Position numbers and translations under genes: made by a program. From Calcarisporiella thermophila CBS 279.70 (Eukaryota > Fungi > Calcarisporiellomycota), in assembly GCF_041956535.1 (NCBI RefSeq), contig NW_027192204.1, positions 193,696-257,695 on the forward strand: 64,000 bases of DNA, given 5' to 3'. Below the pieces are notes generated by a model. The model did not search any database. It was not told the origin of the DNA and saw only the letters and a list, made by a program, of their open reading frames with translations. Positions within the stretch are counted from its first letter, which is position 1. Each line of letters opens with the position of its first letter. This document shows positions 1 through 12,140 of the stretch, one piece after another.

Positions 1-3000
1 GAAGTCGAGAATGCTATTTGCCGAGTTGATGTTGACTTTGAAGTCTTCATTCCACCGAGGCACAAGGGTTTTCTTGATATGTTTAGACTTATACACGGGC
101 TTCTTGTCGAGCGAAACCTTTACATATGGATCACTAAAGCCATTTCGGTCTGCTCCAATCAGATCTGCAGAATAGTGTTTGTAAAAATATACTCAGTCAA
201 ATAACGGTTAAGATGAAATATCTTTGAGAAACACTTGCCTTTTGCCTCGACGAGCGTCACAGTCAACACACCAGAAGAAGCGGCAATGGCAGTTTCCTTA
301 GAGGGATAAGGAGGTGGAAGCTGCGAGGAATTTGCCGATGGATACTGAGAGAGGTTGGGGGCGATATTGGGAGGAGCGGCATGGAGGGGAACAACATCGG
401 GCTCAGCGTATGGTTTGGAATCAGATGGTGGTGGCGGCGGTGGGATATCCTGTGGGGTGACATGTTCAGGGGACGTTGATTCTTTGACTGGAATTGGTGG
501 AGCTGGGGCAGTTCTTGCCGGAACCATCTCGGCCATTGGATCTCGTTGCTTGTCCCTACGTATAAGGCCGATTCCGGATCCTACTAGATTCTTTGCACCA
601 GATAAAGCCATTGTCGGCGCACTGGTTAAAGCCCGTGTAGCGGTAGCAGAGAAAGTTGCAGTAGGCTCTCCGCGGTATACTAGACGCTCAGGAGTAAAGA
701 GCAAGCGGATGCGCACAGTTCCCTGGGTAGAAAGCGCGTAGTCTTTGGTATGGCTCGAAAAAGGCTCCAGAGAGCCCAGCTCAATGCTGGCAGTGCCAAG
801 GGATTTCGGTTGTCCGACACGATTCCAATCGAACACTTCGGCAACAAAGTTGGCCCGCATGCGTGAGGGCTAATATTGAGAAGAGAAAATGATTAGCTTG
901 TGTTATATTTGTAATGGAAGATTCTGTAATAAGGGTTCGCACCACTTCAATTGTAAAGGACGTCTTTGCAAAATCCGGATCCAGCGTTTTTTTCATGGGC
1001 TCCGACTTAAACACTCGCTCTCCGTTTAGTGTGAAAGTGACAAATGGATCGCTTGTGCCGGACCGATCCGCAGCCAACAGCCCTCTACAGTTAATCAGCG
1101 TCACCTGCAATTGCCCTTGGTTTTCCATACGCTCCTCAGGCTCCAGCACTACATCGGGCACCGGGAGATACTTGACCGTGACCAATAAGTTTGCGTCCGA
1201 TTGCTTAAATGGCACCCATACCCCCTCTTCGTCCTTGAGCGTGCGTACCGCATCCAGGACCTTTGTCTCCCACACTGCAAACGTGTTATCCCGTTTCTGC
1301 TCCTCGTCAGCATGTTGACGTAACCGTAATCGAATGGTTGCAAAATCTAACTCCTTCACAAAAACCGCACCAGTTTGGCGGAATCTAAGGACTTGACCCT
1401 TGAGCTTCTGAGTCGAAAACTGAGGGAACAGCGAGTCGGCAGTAAGGTCGCAGTGTGCATGCACTCGGTTTACCGTTTTCACCTCGTGAATCGTAACCAA
1501 TAACAGTCCGGATTGGTGTTTGAGTGCCTCCTCTACGTTATCTCCATCCTGCTCACTCTCCTTTGGCGTGAGCGCCGGGAAAAAGCTTGCTTCATAATGT
1601 ATCTCACCCTTCACGGATCCACTTCGTAGCGATGACAATCCTGCCCATTTATCAACCGTCTTCCCTTGCTTGTAAACCAACTGCTTTTTATTTTCCCCCT
1701 CAGTTTCTTCGCCATTCCCTACTGGCTTTACCTCCTCCACCACAATCAACTCTCTTAAATCAACATCCGTCACACCCAAGCTGCGATCTTTCGACATTCT
1801 CTGATAATCCATCACCTCAATGCGTAACCCTTCACGAGCACTATACACGGGGACATATAGTATCTCATGCCACTCTGGGTTCAATTCGTCGTCAATATGC
1901 TTCGTACGAGCACGGATTGCTTTCCCTGAAACAATTCTCGCATATGGATCGGATTTGCCCCCGGAAGCTGCCTCAACGTTTCTCAGCTCTCGGGCACTTA
2001 GTATCTTGAATCGCACCACTCCAATCGGAGGCCCCAGGGTGCCTCCCGTATTCATCGCCATTTCAGGATTCAGACTTACAGGCCTCCACGTCGCGCTCAC
2101 GCGTACCTCCCCTCCGTTATCTTCCAGTCGCATCCAGCCCCCTCCACTCTCAATCAATTTCATAAGCCCTTCATTCCATTGCCCAATGACAGGATCCTCC
2201 GCAAATCCTCGATCATCCTTCAGTATTAAGCTGAGATGCGTATTCCTGCGGTCCAACACTAACATCTCAAAAGAGTGCTCCCAAGTGGGGTCGTTGGTAC
2301 GCTTGCGAATCTTAGTGCGGCACTTCTCCATCCCATTCACGCGTACCACTGCATATGGACTCCACTTGCCAACCATGGAACGCGATGCATCAAGATGTTT
2401 CGCCTGATGAAGCGTGAAACGCAACACACCCGTATTAGAGGGAGGCGGCTGCTCCAAAGTTCCGTCATCGAGTTTGCGAGGAGTAAACACGGGATAATAT
2501 ATTAGATCCGCCTTTAATTCACCAGCTGGCTTTCCTTCATGATTCACGCAGAGAGTTAGATTTTCTTGGATAGGTGAATCTTCAAGGGTTGTGAGATCGA
2601 ATTGGGCGGTCCCCATATGATAATCTTTGAAGTTGGGATTATAGTCCATCACCTCGAAATTAAGAGGTGCGTCCACTGCGCTTAACAAGAAGAAATGTGT
2701 TTCATCCCAACGTGGGCTCGTCGTGTCTTCCTTGTGTGCTGTACGGCCCAGCTCCTTGGTACCAATGAAGAAACGCACATAGGGGTCAGATTTACCAAAT
2801 AACTCCGAGTTGCGAAGACGCTAGAAAAAAAGGGGAGAAGGGGGATATTCGAGTTAACTGAAAAAATAAAGCGGCTCCTTTAAATTGGCACTCACCTGAG
2901 CACTGTACAATGTGACTTGGAGAACGCCGTGAGCGCTGTCAGCTGGCATTGCCGGATTGAACAAAGATTCCAGATCGACCGTAAACACATTGGGAGCGTA

Positions 3001-4277
3001 CATCATTGGGCCTAATGTGGCATGCAGCTGTTGGTCAATAAAAGTTGCTAACCCGGGCATGTTTGCGATGTCGAAACCAAAGGTCTCGCCTCCAATCGGC
3101 TTGAGCTTGAAGTCAATCACAGGAGGTGCCTCAAAGCTCAAACCAAATGACTTGATATGAGGAAAATTTTCGGAGAAGCGTAGTGTTACTTTTGCATTGC
3201 CGGAAAATGACATGTTCTCTACCAGAATGGGCATTCCAGCTCCAACCATTCCTTTGCCCACACGGACGGTCAAAACGATCTTGGGGTCAATGCGGTTTGC
3301 GTGGCCTTTTGATGAAGCTTTAGATTGGTGGGGTGAGAAGCTGATTTTCCAATCCATCACCGCCTCCTCAGCACTAGAGTTAGGGTACGTTTTCACTTTC
3401 TCGATGTAGGGCGCACGCGTTCCAAGCGTAAAGGTTGACAAGCGCAGTGAGTCGATGAATCCGGGTGCAGAATCCGCCAGAACTTGGTCAACAACCGACA
3501 CAATGGTAGCAGAAAGAACAGGCTCATAAATAAGCCAAAATCGATCCAAGAACGCATTAAGCCACTCAGCACTCTCAGTATTCGACTCGAGTGATTCTTT
3601 GGTGATTTCGCGGGCAATATCATCCCCGGCGTTACGTCGGACGCGCTTCATATGTACAGAGTAGCATGCGACTAGTTGGCAAAAAAAAAGTTCAGTCTTT
3701 GTATATGCACCTGGAAAAAAGAAATTTAGAGCGAATAATTACAGCAAAAGGTGGCAACCGCAATACAAGCAAACACGCCTCCCCCAAACCGTACCAAGAA
3801 ATGAGTCGCCAACACTGCCCCTATAATTAAAGCGCCATTTTCAAATAGATGCGTGTAGTAGACTTCTCTTGTTAGTTGCTTCAGGTACTGTTTGCGGTAT
3901 GCGGAGGGATCATCAGAGGACATGACACCATCAACCATGCTTTTCCACCCAATCCGCGCCAGCTTCTTCTCAGCCTCAATGAGCTGGTCTGTTTTCTCCG
4001 GCTTTTGCGCGGCAGGTAAGGGGGCGGGAGGCACTTGAGATGCATCAGCAAGAATCCTGCTTACATCCTCTAAATTTTGCGAGGATAATTCTGTATGCAT
4101 CTCCACACCTCCCCTTGACTGCCCCGAATCAACCGTCAATTTATCCTGATTCAACTGCTTAGCCTTCTCAGAGGGAGTGGAGTCAGGATCAAACTTGTGC
4201 ACAGCTACAGCACCGGCCGCGCTCTGCTCCACAGCCGCTGTCGCCTCAGCATGGGTATCCTCTTGTGAATCGGTCAT
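1..4277 (-). CDS. TCB: Tricalbin / extended synaptotagmin (TM hairpin, SMP domain, multiple C2 domains); multi-exon, 3' end runs off the window
   Basis: ORFs 3726-4289 (TM segment), 2854-3651 (SMP: ESAEWLNAFLDRFW, LSTFTLGTRAP), 781-2778 and 159-860 (C2 motifs GKSDPY, GTSDPFV). Likely ATG at 4277. Confidence 0.93.
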
Positions 4278-4825
4278 TTTTAAATCCACAGCGATTGCCT
4301 AACCGCGTAAGCCAAGGGAGAAAGAGGTGTGGCGTAAACCACGGTTTTAATACGGTCGTTGAAGAGTAATTTAAGGTTTTCGTCATCAGAAAAAGTAATC
4401 TGTTAGGTTGGCTCCAATCTGAAGCGGTATTGGTTCGAAGGGGCTCTCTCCTCAACATTGTTGCCTTGGCGACACCGTGGATTGAATAAGATGACGTGCT
4501 GTTGGTTCTACGCCAAAGTACAAAAGCGAGATAGACCTATTAGTTGCCGTTAAGTAATGGCCGGCTCCGACCATTAGTGTGCTTTCTCCGGCAATAGATG
4601 TACTTTTTCGCCTTCGGGCGTTATTTTCTGCCATAACAACATAACAGCATTGCTAATAAACAAGATTATGATAAAAATAAAACGAAGACTCTATTATTCC
4701 AGTCAACGATTATTGTAAGATTTATTTTGGACATAATAGTACACTAGCCAAAACATTGTGTGTAGATATTTAGAAGTATATCAACTCGAAAGTTCACCAT
4801 TAAAATATGTAATTTATATTATAGA

Positions 4826-6484
4826 TTAAAGTCCAGCATAATTCCTTCTCTTTCTCCTAGCCTTTACAGCCGCATCTCCCTTTTTCTTGTTCTCCAGCTT
4901 CTTAGCCTCCTTAGTCTTGTTTTCTGCTACCTCTTTCTGATCACTCGAAGGCTCGGCTGAGTCTTTTTCCTCCTGTGAGTCCTCCCCTGCTACAATGGCT
5001 TTTAGAGCTGAGCTAAAATTGCAGCTGGAAGGTTTAGCACCATGGATCCCTTGGATAGAGTCCAGGAGTTCGAATTTTCCGTTGTAGTAGTCATTTGAGA
5101 TATCCCACACCATCACTCCACCCAAGCCTTTGCATAGTGCGTAGTTGACTTTGTTTTGGAGAGAGACCGGGTCGTCGTATGAAATGTAGACTTTGGTCTG
5201 AGAGAAAAGCACATCATATAAGTTGTAGAAACGCAAGTATGTCCTAACTATATTCAAAAGCCATCGGAAATCTTCACATTACCTGCTTGTTAAAGAGCCA
5301 GGGAGTCTTGGTTTTCTGATCAAAGCACCGAATATAATTGGCGTCCCCAGCAGTGGTGGGCGTGGCAAGAACACCTTGGGAACGAAGATTCTTCCATTTC
5401 CAAATGCCTGAAACACCTCCGGGCTCCTTACCACAAAAAGGATCTTGCCAGTATGCATCCTCGTTATCTCCTTTGGGCGCACCTGTCTTAGCGGGCACAT
5501 ACTGGTTATCACATGTCATGTCCTGTAGTGCTTGGATAGAACGTCCGTAGAAGGGAAGGCCGGCGTTGATCTTCGCGGGTGGGACTCCTGCGGCGGTCCA
5601 ATCATGAATTCCTTGCGTATATGAGAATGGAGCTAAAGGAATATGATGACCTACAGATGAGTGGAGAGCATAGAAATGAGCCTAGCGCTACTTCTCACCG
5701 GCTTTTCCGGGCTCAAAGTCGAAGGGAGCATGATGACCAGTAATGGGCGCCCACGCGCCATTGATATCATAGGCCATGATGTTAAACATATCGACGACTT
5801 TTGCGTACTGGGACACGTCTTTCATTGGCCCATTGGGGCCATCGAAGGGTTGAACCCGGACGGCCATAGTAATATCCTTTCTCTTGTCGGGGAATTCGGT
5901 GTCGAGGGCTTTGCGCAGCTCCTGAAGTAGGACCAAGAAGTTCTTCGAGTCATTTTCTTTATCCACTTCGTTGCATGCCGCGCCCTCTCTACCGGGATAT
6001 TCCCAATCAATGTCCACGCCATCTGTGCCATATCTTCCCAGAAAAAAGAGCGTATTATCAGCTAGTCAGCGAAGGATGGTAGGAACACAGAGAGCTGAGA
6101 GACAGCTTACTTTTTGATAAAATTGATATTCCAATCAATAAATTTCTTGCGAGATTGCGCCGACTTCACCATGGGACTGAATTTGATGCAGCCGGTCCAG
6201 CCGCCAATGGAGAGATACACTTTGGTGTTGGCAGCGTGAGCTTTCTGTACTATGCTGGGAAGTTTGCTTTCGACCGCCCAGTCATCCGTGAAATAGGGCG
6301 TGTAGTCGTCTTTGTTTAGCACTGCAAAAGCATAGTTGATGTGCGTGTATTTGTCGTATGGGATCTGCTCGATAGGGAATTTGGCATAAAGCCAGTTCGG
6401 GAAATACCCAACGATGTTTCGTTTGGCCTGAGCCTGTGCGGCCAGTGCCACGACTGCGGTCGCCAGCAGGGTGAAGTACTTCAT
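4826..6484 (-). CDS. Secreted GH18 chitinase, 4 exons, charged K/E-rich C-terminal tail
   Basis: Signal peptide MKYFTLLATAVVALAAQAQA; SIGGW motif; catalytic DGVDIDWEYP; MAYD; LGGVMVW. Confidence 0.95.
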
Positions 6485-6572
6485 TTTTGTGTTTGGAGTG
6501 GAAGGGGAGAGAAATTGAGTGTCGCGTGGGGCAGGAGGCTAGGGGTAGACGAGGGAGGCAATGGTTGGTACC

Positions 6573-6580
6573 TTTATATA
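6573..6580 (-). promoter_or_regulatory. TATA box of the chitinase gene
   Basis: TATATAAA on the minus strand about 90 bp upstream of the ATG. Confidence 0.5.
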
Positions 6581-7696
6581 TTGCTGCAGCGGAACGAGTT
6601 TATGAACTCTACTGCGTAAATATTGGCGACCACCTGGCCGCTGCATTCTCAACAATCTTCTATAGTAAAGGACTGTGTCATGTCCGCGGGCCTAGAAATA
6701 GGGTTTGAGTAGGAAATACAAGGAGGTAAATATCGATCGCACAAAGTTAATTGCGATAAAGAAACGATCTGAGTAGGTTAGGTAAGCCCTGTATTTCGCT
6801 ACACTCATTCAAATTAGATTATCATTTTCCAGATTGGGTGCTCTGATCCCATGCGGATCTCAACTGCAGAATCACTAACCGCCTAATATACCGAGTGCAA
6901 GTATCGACTTCCAGGGGGCAGCCCGCATGCATTGACCCCATAGCATAAAAGAGAAGGGGGGTGCTCTTTCATATGTGTGGCAATGTTTGCCTGTTTCTCA
7001 AACGAAGAAAACAACAATGATAGGAAGATCGTCTCGTGACCCAAGAGTGACAAAAGAGTTGTCCTTTAAGAGGAATGGGGGTGAGACAGAGAATAAGGTG
7101 GGGTCGAGACCTCTTTCCATGCAAAGGGAAGTTGGTTAAAACAATTCAAGTTGATTCGAAAAACAGGATAGCACGGAAATACAACCGTGTCAGCCGATAG
7201 CCTTGTTTTTATGTAATGACTCGTGATTAACTCGTAGAATTGTTGGGATGTTTTGATGCGATCATTCAAATCTTGGATAGAGATACCGCCTGAAAAACCC
7301 GAGATTAGTTTAACCTGCTTATTGCTCTGGTAAGGATTTCGTTGTTTTCTCAAATTACTCATTATTTCTACACGGATCGAGCTGTTCTCTCATAAGCCTT
7401 GAAGTGATGATATAAAGAGCGCAAATCAAATTAGTGGGAGCAGTTACCCTTTTTAGCAAAAGAAACTATCGCAGGATTTTGTTCGCCGAAGATGAATAAA
7501 CAAAGATAAAACAGAGTCAAATCTACACAAGAGAGGAATAAAAGAAAAAAAAAAGAAGAAGAGAAGCGTACAGTCCCTAAAATAAATTACAGTCCACACT
7601 CCAACCTCTCATTCCAGATAATTGAAAAAAAAAAGTAAAAGCAAAACTAGGCGAGAAAATTGTATATGTAATATTATCCATGGAAAATATCAAAAA

Positions 7697-10136
7697 TCAT
7701 TCGTGCGAAGATTTACCCAACCTCTCCAAAATATCACTGGGTATGAACGGCGCCATTTCTCGCATTATTTTTTTCTTTCGCCGGGCAGGCTTGTAAAAGT
7801 CAGGCTCTAGTTTGTCCTCTTGAGATGATGCAAGTCCCGCTTCCGCGGTCGAGTTCGCATCCCCTTTTACCAAAGTAGTGATGGGGACAGAAAACGGAAG
7901 CAAATAGGAGGAGTCCTTTAGCTCACCAAAATATTCTTCATCCTCCTCATCTGCCTCTTCCTCCCCTCCCTCCTCTTCTCCCCCCTCTTGCCGGCGATCC
8001 TTCTCTTTCTTCTTCGACTCTTCTTGTAGATCAGACTGGGTCTCGAGCTTATTTTCTTGACTAGGCTCCGTGCTACCGTCCCCATTTGAACTCTTTTCTC
8101 CCATTTTGTCCCCATCTGCAATTCTATCAGCACTAGAATTGGAATTTACCAAGGATGGAGAAGTCGGAGGAGTTAAACTCGCGGTGGATTCGGAGGTTGC
8201 GTCCAAGGCCTTCTCCAGCATTCTCCCTTTCTTTATCCCACTCTTCTTCACGCTTTTGCGTCCGCTGGACTCCAGTTTCGACCGCCTCCGGAACAAGTCA
8301 TTCACCGACCAACCTCCTTTACCCCGTGCCTTGAGTGCGTCTGCGGCTAACTGCTGCAAGTACACCATACATTCTTTGGGAAGTCGAGGCTCGTTCACCT
8401 CATAGCGGTATGAACTCGCACACCGCTTGAGCTGCATTGGGTTGAGGGCTGACAAGCCCTGGAGGGTTTCAATAAACTGCGTGAAGTCCGATTGCTGAGA
8501 AAACACCTGTAAAAGCTGCAGAAGCTGCACGAGGGGCGTCAGATGCGGGATTACATAGGCGGATGGGATGGAGTTGGTGCGAGCCCAATCTTCGAGAGCA
8601 GATATATTCATTCGAATCTAAAAATGGCGAAAACCCTTAAAGCCTCACCCGAGCCTACTCAGAATACTTGCAGAGTTCACGTTACCTGCACCGCTTTCGA
8701 CCGACAAAGATATCGACGTGTCGTAATGATCTGATTGAAGAGCTCGGACCCAACGTAGTAATATAGCTGAGAGATTGCCTGACGACAAACCACGGTTGGA
8801 ACACCGTAAGACTCCAGCACGAAATAAACCGATGAAAGTAGGGTTGTAATGGCCCTTGGCGAGATGGCCTGCTGGCGGGGAGAAGGGGGTCGCGGTGGTA
8901 CTGAGGAATCAGAGGAGGTTTTACTCTGCGATGACGGGATAGCCTGGTCGAATGCCGAGACCACTTGGGTAGTCGGTTTTGGGGCGCGTTTAAACAGCTG
9001 CCACTCGCCCTCAAATTGCACATTTTCAAATCCAGGAACGGGATCATATTCAAGCATAGCAGGAATTAGACGGATATCAAGGCGCCGCTGTGCGTCGCGG
9101 ATGAAGTGAATATACGCATCATACGTGGCCTCGGCGAGAAGCAGTTGATAGCGGGCGGTTGTACCCATAAGTCCATTATCCTTTTTCAAATACACCTGGA
9201 GCTGTATTAGATTGGAAATCCAGAATGAAAGTAGAGCCATGTCTTCTTTCCGAGACTTTTTGGATGGACCAGCAGGATAGCAGTTAGTCAATGCTCCATA
9301 AAAACACACACGCACTCAAAAAAAAAAGAATACCTGCAAAATTTGAGAAATCTGGTTTCGTGCACTCTCAAGCAACTCATCCAAGAGCTCTGGTGAGCCA
9401 AAATAATGCGCATATCTCGCACACAAAAACAATATGCTTGCGGGCGCGTGTCTGTGAGCACGAGAGCGCAGTGGCAAGGAAAAACCGGTGACAACATTTA
9501 TAATATTCGGGATATCATCCATAGTGAACACATGCATCTGAGTAGGAAGACATTTATCCCACACGAATTCTGTTTCCGAGCCAAGCTCTTCCTCCTAATT
9601 CAAGCAAGGAAAGAGTTAAGAGAGAGGACAAAAATGCAATGTTATTAAAGAAACGCCCTACGAGATCGATTTCGCCAAGATCTATTTCCATCCCTCGAGT
9701 GTCCATCATCTGACGATGGCGATCTTCTTCTTCCCGCAGATAGTCATCGAATTCATCAAAGGAAGATTCTTGATAAAAATTAAGAGCCATTGATTTATTG
9801 GCCTCTGTACTCAGATCGCTTTCAAGAATCCGCGTCCCTTCAGAATATACTGCGCTTGGTGGGGAAAGCGGCCCCGTTTCCATCAGCTTTGACCATCCAT
9901 CTAACCATTTGTAGATCAGAAAATATTCAATCAAGCAAAGATGAAAACCTCCTACCAAGGGTCCCTTTTTCTTTTGTATCGGCATTGCTATTTCCAATAG
10001 ATTCGATGGCCGAGCCCCCTTTGCCGAAGTGTATCGATTTCACTAGATCCTCCTGGTCAAATGGGTGCTGTCCCCAGGGATCGAGGGGGGCGGAATCCTG
10101 CCACACACTACGGGAGATAGCAGGATCATCCGACAT
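7697..10136 (-). CDS. Dilute (DIL) domain protein, multi-exon; 5' end uncertain
   Basis: LSFWISN, ELFNQIITTRRYLCRSKAVQ, MNISALEDWAR, LQLLQLLQ, LNPMQL and YRYEVNE are typical of fungal DIL proteins. A branch site plus CAG sits directly before the ATG at 10136. Confidence 0.85.
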
Positions 10137-11619
10137 CTGGCGCAAATTAAATTAGCAAATTAGAGATAAAAAGGATGCTTTATATCAATTATCCTGGAAT
10201 TTATAAGTGAGAAGTGACAATAACCGGTGAAGTGTATTTATGATTCCGTGCTAATCTCAAAAGTCCAAAGGATGAGAGAAAAAACAGGCCAGGTCTGTTC
10301 TTTCAAAATTCTCTATCGGCAATGTCTTGGCCTACCAATTTGAATCTAAACAATTTTAGGCCAAATTTCACCTAGCTATTTGCTCTTTCTTTATTCAAAC
10401 TATTCCCCATAAATCATAGAAAAATCAGAGATTGCTCAAGACTGATTTATCTACATGATAGTAGATTAGTTTCTATTTAGTTTTCCTAATAGTGTTTTGA
10501 ATCTCGTGGTTTATATAACGCATTGAATATTATCGGGATACAGTTGACCAAAGATACACTGTACATTTCATTGGCTCGCCTCTTCGTTGGAGAGATTATT
10601 AATAGAGATGTAGGAAGCCAGTATGACTATATAAATTATGTAAAAATACAAATTGGATATTCAACTTCCTACTCTGCTCCCCTTCTCTTTCGTTGTCTAC
10701 TTTGGTTATAGAAGCCCACGCGAATAATCTGAAATGGGACGGACTAGGGTGGAAACTATATTAAGGTTATGAGAGCACGCCTACAAATCAGGGATGCAAT
10801 GGATATGAGGCTGTACTAACTAGGAGAAAAAGAGGCAATAAAAAGCTAGCCCTAGAAAACGTGGATAAATACTTATTTTACAAATGTCGAGGAGATATTC
10901 AATAACGCGCAATTCAAAAGGAGGGAAGGCTAAATAGCACTAGGGTGAGACCCATGCTGAAGAAAAATCCACTGGTAGAAAGCAACTGTCAAGATTAAAT
11001 TTGATCAAAAGTATATCATTGCCATCCCTACGAAGTAATGAAGCATAAGCACACGCAATTCTAAGATTCGAAAATACAATATGTATCAATTGGAACGCTT
11101 TAATTCGTGATTCTGATAAATGTAATAAGACAATAAAATAAAAACTGTATTCTTATGAGAAAGAGTGTAGAAAATAGAAAACTTTTATTTTTTTTATCTT
11201 TTATTTATTTTATTATTTTTTGAATTGTGGACCTTCTATTGAGAAATAAAATAAATGCGTATCATCTAAAATAGCCTAGATTTTGCACCTGGTCTAGCTT
11301 AAAAGAGATAAAAGTAAATAGAAAGTAAATTTTGTTTTCCTATTCGGGCGGGAGTATTTTTTGACTTATTTAATATATATTTTTACAAGGGAAGAACGAC
11401 AACTCAAGTTATGGAGTACAGAAAATCAAAGGCAAGAAGCAAAGGGATCCAACCTTGATATGGTTGGTTCAGGCATTCTCTGTTTCTTCAAAGTAGACGC
11501 TAGAATTTATTTTTTTTTTTTGGGAGGGAGGAGGAAGTTTATTAAAAAGTATTCACTTTAGTTGCATGGTGAGAAGGACGAATGCTCATACAGACGAAAA
11601 AAAAATGATCCAGACTAGG

Positions 11620-11788
11620 TTTTTTTTCCAACTTCAATCTTCGGTGTTTCGTTACTTGTTGTTGCTCTCACTCATTTCCTGAACAGAAGTAGTAGCTGTC
11701 GCCAGTGCGGAAGATGGTGTGAACAGTGTTGCAGTTGCCGCTGCAGCATTGTGCGCCAAAGATGCAGCGGTAGAGGGCGGGAAGGCAA
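11620..11788 (-). pseudogene. 5'-truncated retrocopy of a cystine-knot (knottin/ICK) peptide mRNA
   Basis: 11787-11668 reads CLPALYRCIFGAQCCSGNCNTVHTIFRTGDSYYFCSGNE* (C-x6-C-x5-CC-x3-C-x15-C). A short UTR and A8 follow, and repeat copies lie on both sides. There is no start codon or signal peptide. Confidence 0.65.
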
Positions 11789-11802
11789 GGATCCAAACTA
11801 GA

Positions 11803-12140
11803 TTTTTTTTTGATCAATCAATGGAAACTTTTATTTAATGTCCATATATTACATGAAGTTAATGTCAATGGACTTAACATAACGAGGTATAGGCCCTTGA
11901 TCGATAGACTTTCAATCGATATGCGTGTATCGTAGTTGTCGTGAATAGCATGTACGTGAAACCGATGTAATCTTTTGTACTTATCGTAAGGGCGATCTTT
12001 TCAATAATCAAGACTCAGCTTCTGATCAAGTGGATTGCAGCCACAAACTAAGAGTAAGTGCTGGTGGGGGAAGTGGGATTCGAACCCACGCCGTTCTCAT
12101 CGGCATCCCAGGGATAGTCCACTACACTAACCCTCCCCCA
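11803..12140 (-). mobile_element. tRNA-derived SINE (about 338 bp) with poly(A) tail and 14-bp target-site duplication
   Basis: tRNA-like head with A box TAGTGTAGTGG and B box GGTTCGAATCC; about 250-nt body; AATAAA (11835-11830); A9 (11811-11803). Flanked by identical TCTAGTTTGGATCC at 12154-12141 and 11802-11789. Confidence 0.85.
12062..12139 (-). ncRNA. tRNA-like head of the SINE (not a functional tRNA; anticodon loop collapsed)
   Basis: Acceptor stem GGGGGAG/TTCCCCC followed by A-CCA; T arm GTGGG-TTCGAAT-CCCAC; variable-arm-like GCCG-ATGAGAA-CGGC; anticodon arm reduced to ATCCC-T-GGGAT. Confidence 0.75.

Noticed and set aside
7066-7362. 98-aa ORF between chitinase and the DIL gene
   Set aside because: It has a non-ATG start and no recognisable family or supporting exon structure.
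12062-12139. Functional tRNA (Leu/Ser/Sec) gene
   Set aside because: It has no anticodon loop, abnormal spacing before the D arm and an encoded CCA, and it is embedded in a poly(A)/TSD-bounded element.
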